Shown here piece by piece: positions 61,480-64,000 of a DNA stretch of 64,000 nt. The first letter of the stretch is position 1. Every line of letters begins with the position of its first letter. This DNA is from Asterias rubens. Lineage: Eukaryota. The stretch spans positions 8,494,001 to 8,558,000 of the forward strand of contig NC_047077.1 in assembly GCF_902459465.1 (NCBI RefSeq), in the 5' to 3' direction. Under the pieces are notes generated by a model, which ran no database searches, was not told where the DNA came from, and worked only from the letters and a program-made list of their open reading frames with translations. Made by a program: the position numbers and the translations under genes.

Positions 61480-62926
61480 TAAGGTTGAAGCTATTGTCAC
61501 ATATTTAACAAAGTAACTATTTCAGTTGATGACTGTCCCTTTAAGAAAACAAGTGTCCAGATGGAATAATTTTTCCTGCCTGATGGTTATAAGAATTAAT
61601 GGTACACTGAGTAAGAATATGATATTATAATTTAATTATTTTCATATCTTGTGATGAATAAGTGTTCTAATACTGACTGTTACTGATCTTACAGTGTGGC
61701 TGTGAAAACTGCTCAAGATTGCATTTTGCAAATGAAATTATCGTTTCAAGATGTTTAGTTCCATTGCAACAAATAATCAAAACAACAAAACATTTTACTT
61801 CCTTAGCTGCTTAGGACTTGGTAATGAGAAAAACAATGTCATGAAAATAATTTTGGTCTCATGAGACCAAAATTATTTTAAGCATTTACAAACCTTATTT
61901 TCATTGCATTGTTTTACTCATTTCTCAAAAACTACTGCACCTCACTAAGTAATATTTGAAGGGAAGCTTTCCACTATCATTATCTTCAAACCCTGTAAGT
62001 TTAATGTAAACCTATGGACATTTTGAAAAAGAACCCAAATCCTTTAAGTAATATTATTTTAGGTATTTTAGGTATTATTATATTGAAACTGCACAGTGCA
62101 AAATAACTCAATTTTTTCCAGACTGTATAATTGCTGTTCTTCTGAGCTGTTTGGTAGACCCATGTGTCTATGTTAATCAGGCATTTGGGGTATAATTTTG
62201 TGTGTGTATATTATTTTTATTTTTATTTTTTATTGCTAGAACAATGGATTTTGTCTCAATTATTCTCGCATGTACAACGGATTTGCGCAACTCTCCTAGA
62301 AAAACTTACGCCGTGATTTTTACAAATTTTTCAAAAACGTGGGGACTAATGAAGCTGAAACTTCTGCAAGAATATAACATTACCTGTCTTCCATTGAGTA
62401 GGGATTCTCGTCTTCGCCAAAACTTGATCTACAAAAGCTACCAAAACCCTTCAAGACAAAAAGGAGATCTTTAATGAATGGGCCCAATGAGGTAAATTGC
62501 TACTCACATATTTTGCAGAATTTATCACATCCAATAATATATGCTCATCAAAGTTAACTATTTATAGTTGTTTTTTTCCTGACCTTGAGGGGAAAATTTA
62601 AGGAGGGAGAAAAACACATACGGTCGGTTGTCAGGGGAAACACATCGAGTGCAGTTCATCAATTTTGTAAAGGACTCCCGTCTGTGAAGGCCCGTAATTA
62701 CAGCTTTTGTCCGCTTCACAATAATAGCTAACAAACACAAAGAATCTGACCGGCTGGAAAATGTACATTAAAGATAATGGTACTTGCGATCAGGTTTTCT
62801 GAAGAGTAAAATGTGTGGTTCCCCCCCCCCCTTCTCATAAACAAGTATTTTTAAAAAGCTGGAAGCCCCATTCTGTTGGGGAGTCTGACGTACTGGAATG
62901 GGTGTCACAGGGAAATTACTCACCAG

Positions 62927-63204
62927 GGCCCATATTCATAGTCCTGCTTAACGGTAAGCAAATTTCCGTGCTTACTCTAGCAGAAAACTGTGCTATAAGG
63001 TGTAAATGTATTTCACTGGTTAGCAAGAAAATTAGGCGACCATCTTGCGTGTTCACCATGGATTTATATTGTTACGTCATTTATTTTCATGTAGTAAGTA
63101 CCAGAATGTTAGCATGCATTTTCCTATGCTTACGAGTAGCAGCAATATGAAATGGAAACTATACAGTAACCACAAACTAGGCCGTTAAGCAGCCCTATTT
63201 GGCC
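62927..63204. mobile_element. Harbinger-type MITE (H1-related)
   Basis: GGCCCATATTCATAGTCCTGCTTAACGG ... CCGTTAAGCAGCCCTATTTGGCC; TSD CAG/CAG. Confidence 0.75.
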
Positions 63205-63232
63205 CAGGAGATTTTGTCCCTCATATGGGAAA

Positions 63233-63617
63233 TTAAAGACACTGGACACCTTTGGTAATTGTCAAAGACCAGTCTTCTCACTTGGTGTATCTCAACATAA
63301 TGCACAAAATAACAAACCTGTGAAAATTTGAACTCAATTGGTCGTCGAAGTTGCGAAATAATAATTGAAGAAAACAAATTTTGTGCTTTTTTCAGATGCT
63401 TGATTTCGGGATCTCAAAATCTAATTCTGAGGTTTCAAAATCAAATTAAAATATTTTAGTGGAAACCTACTTCTTTCTCGAAGAACTATGTTACTCCAGA
63501 GAGAGCCGTTTGTCACAATGTTTTATACTATCAACAGCTCTCTATTGCATGTTACCAAGCAAGTTTTTAAGCTAACAATTATTTTGAGTAATTACCAAGA
63601 GTGTCCAGTGCCTTTAA
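63233..63617. mobile_element. K1 MITE, full length
   Basis: TTAAAGACACTGGACACCTTTGGTAATT ... AATTACCAAGAGTGTCCAGTGCCTTTAA. Confidence 0.9.
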
Positions 63618-64000
63618 CATGGTCTGGAGAAGGTTGATTCAAAAGAGGGCGATATTAAGAGAAGTTTGTACACAGTTGGCCATATGGGGGGACAGAGTCT
63701 CTGGGGGGAGGCTAGAACCTCCTGCCACACTGGCAGTGCAAAGTGCAGTGTAAATTAATGCTAATGAATTGCATGCCCTGTTCCAGCAGTCTACATGTAG
63801 GTCACTGGACCCAAGCTGTGGTTTTGTGTCGGTTCGAACCACGGTCTTTATACTTGTGCCCTTGAGCAATGTCTTTAGTTATTATTGTTTAGTTTTTTAA
63901 GTTTGGAAGGTAAGACATTCTAGTCCATTCCAACCATGCTCCTAGTGGATGATACATATGCCTAATGCATGTTTTGCAGGCAAAAAGGGGCGTAGTCATG

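Noticed and set aside
1-64000. A self-contained novel protein-coding system (operon, defence island, autonomous transposon or virus)
   Set aside because: There is no long non-repeat ORF and no transposase, RT, integrase or capsid motif. Gene-sized coding capacity is absent on both strands.

Overview
This window is 64 kb of AT-rich metazoan DNA that looks intronic or intergenic. From memory, the dominant ~385-bp MITE resembles a sea-star (Asterias-type) repeat; that assignment is unverified. I find no recognisable protein-coding gene, rRNA, true tRNA, CRISPR array or prokaryotic system. The two longest ORFs (201 and 218 aa) come from a 63-bp tandem repeat, and the other ORFs are short and either MITE-derived or unrecognisable. 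By my tally roughly a third of the window is repeats. These include about 20 copies of one TTAA-flanked Kolobok-type MITE (K1) and four other TTAA families (K2, K3, K6, K7). There are also Harbinger-type MITEs with CWG target duplications, a hAT MITE, two CAC-terminated EnSpm-like elements, four tRNA-derived SINE families, CCCTAA-rich Helitron-like units, Crypton-like palindromic elements and three young minisatellite arrays (21, 63 and 59 bp). The most interesting signal is a family of 125-155-bp insertions with variable-length TSDs. Each ends at a minimal hammerhead-ribozyme-like motif of the Penelope type, and the consensus core reads CAGAAGA rather than CUGANGA. Several isolated exon-like segments and RFX/CTCF-like motifs suggest a host transcript, but I cannot join them into a known protein.
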